A DNA stretch of 64,000 nucleotides, taken from assembly GCF_033153115.1 (NCBI RefSeq), contig NW_026889758.1, positions 11,408,001 to 11,472,000 of the forward strand. The letters are read 5' to 3'. The first letter of the stretch is position 1. Every line of letters begins with the position of its first letter. The notes beneath the pieces were generated by a model. It saw only the letters and a program-made list of their open reading frames with translations. It had not been told where the DNA came from and did no database searches. Source of the stretch: Saccostrea echinata. Its lineage: Eukaryota. This document shows, one piece after another, positions 62,166 through 64,000 of the stretch. The position numbers were made by a program, and so were the translations under genes.

Positions 62166-63657
62166 CACTCAAAGTGAATAAACTGACTCAGTCTGAACTG
62201 AATAGACTTATTTGGCTATCATGATGTCACACTAGTAAAAACATGCTTCTAATATTATAATGTCAAGTTCTACATAACTTTGGCATGACAGTTTTTGCTT
62301 ATTACTGTATAGAAAAAGTGAGTCATATATCATATTCTGCAGATGCTCTATTGCTTAAATATCAGAAAAGGATGAATATCAAGTGATGCCCTTTCAGCAA
62401 ATGAAAATTATGAAAATAATCTTCATATATACCGGTAATGTAGTGGCATGCTAATAGCTAAATATAACATAATAACAATGGTCGATTCAGATTTGCTAAT
62501 GGACAACACTGACATGAATTTATCAGCTGATCCACAGTGGGTTATACATAAAATTATCAGATTATGATGTACATGCATCAACTCAGATGTGCTTTCTGTC
62601 ATTAGCTAGTTGACAGTGTCAGAAATGTTCATACCATGTCTCATTGTTCTCAAAAACTGCATGGGCTTCACAACTCCTGAGTCCTTCTTGTTAAATATAC
62701 TTCTGGATATTGATAGGATTAAGGTTTAGAATGGCCTGTTAGAAAATATCTTCTAAATGTATGCACTGCTTAAATATCTACCCAATATTCCATGTCTTGA
62801 AATATCAACAGGATCAATGATGAGAAATGAGTATATACTTTTATAGATCTACAATGATGTATACACATGACTGCATAAATATACATATATGCACCTGGGT
62901 AATGCTCTTTGCCTGAAGATGAACCAGGGGTAATATAACTCTGGTATTACTGGTGAGTATTGTGGACAGAAACTTCATCTAAAGTATGATATCCCCAGAT
63001 CATATACAGCAGTATGGCTATCGGTAATTGTTCATGGCTCGATCACTTTATTTTGGCTATGTTGCAATATGTACAAATTAAGCTTAAAAACATTATGTCC
63101 TTAGCAAATTTTAGTTGCTGCATTAGTAGGGCTTGGTGTGAATCCTATTACATTGTTTAACAGTATCATCAGTATTGTAAGTTTCTTGGAATATTGGTGA
63201 AGACATATATTAAAGATGATACAACATTCATAATGCACCATTTATAGTGAGCAAATCACTGTGACTAATAAAAAAGGGAAAATTAAAATTTTACACTACA
63301 ATTCTTCTTCAGTATCTATATGTGTATGATAACCAATATGCAATATACATGAATATGTACAAACATGCACATATATATTATGTAAACATGTAAAGGCCTA
63401 CATGAGAATTAAGACTATACATCGAATTTAAACTATGGCTTCTTTTGACCATAAGCATAAATGTCTTCACCCCCCCCCCCCCCAAAAAAAAAACTTATTA
63501 AAAATTTGTGATCTGGGTTACATTTGATCTACCCTGGCTAGTCTGCTAACATACCGAATATTCTCCAAGTTCGGGAAAAATTGTTTACTTCTTTTCGGAA
63601 TACATCATAGACATGTCAGGAGAGGTAGAATTTAGATGTACTCCGAGTGCATTAAAA

Positions 63658-63848
63658 ATGGCGGACAACAGATTGGACACACAAATCGAGAAGTTGACAC
63701 AGGCGATTAAATTAACACAAAAACTCAGGGCTAGCGTCTCTAAAGTTTTTACAGACCTTTCCGATGGCTTTCAAGCACCGAAAGGAGACGAGAAGGCACT
63801 CCTGAATAAGCTTCAGAAGTCTCTCACAGCAGTAAACGACAATCTGGG
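63658..63848 (+). CDS. MED27: Mediator subunit 27, exon 1 (gene continues beyond the window)
   Basis: MADNRLDTQIEKLTQAIKLTQKLRASVSKVFTDLSDGFQAPKGDEKALLNKLQKSLTAVNDNL matches the recalled MED27 N-terminus (QAI...LRSSVSRVF..L.DG...EKAF). aaaATGG context; donor GG|gtaata. Confidence 0.88.
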
Positions 63849-64000
63849 GTAATAGGCCAATTGTTTATATTTCGAATTTCCTCGCCATTATTGTCCAGAA
63901 CAGGTCCAGCACAATACCCTGATAAAGGCATATAGCTTGATAAAGCTATATAGCTTTATCAAGGTATTACAAATACCTTGATCAAGGTATTTTATGCAAT

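Noticed and set aside
63613-63657. Upstream ATG as the MED27 start
   Set aside because: Similarity to MED27 begins at MAD (63658), which has a better Kozak context. An N-terminal extension is not excluded.

Overview
AT-rich eukaryotic genomic DNA, most likely an oyster or related bivalve. This is inferred from the ~166-bp Cg170/HindIII-type satellite carried in HINE/Helentron elements, Naiad-type Penelope retroelements and abundant TACATGTA. Genes supported by the sequence: a complete 5-exon cornichon (CNIH1-like, +, 19450-33540, 144 aa); a Toll-like receptor (+, main exon 41480-43999); an 11-exon GEN1-like XPG/Rad2 nuclease (-, 61508-53344) that is intact except for one in-frame TGA at codon 64; exon 1 of MED27 (+, 63658), head-to-head with GEN1; and a tRNA-Ser(GCT). 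The rest is a dense, nested set of mobile elements, many with readable target-site duplications (TSDs). These include two tRNA-promoter TRIMs (Helenus-like), an IS3EU-like foldback, hAT, MULE, Kolobok and mariner elements, a broken Crypton tyrosine-recombinase element with related hairpin elements, several Naiad fragments, and minisatellites. I see no clearly new biological system. The best leads are the tRNA-LTR TRIMs (one followed by an over-long tRNA-His copy), the compact GEN1-like gene with a PIP-box-like tail and a minisatellite built from its own splice donor, the Crypton hairpin family, and TGA codons at conserved Cys positions in Naiad relics. All calls were made by eye; family assignments rest on recalled consensus features and need database confirmation.
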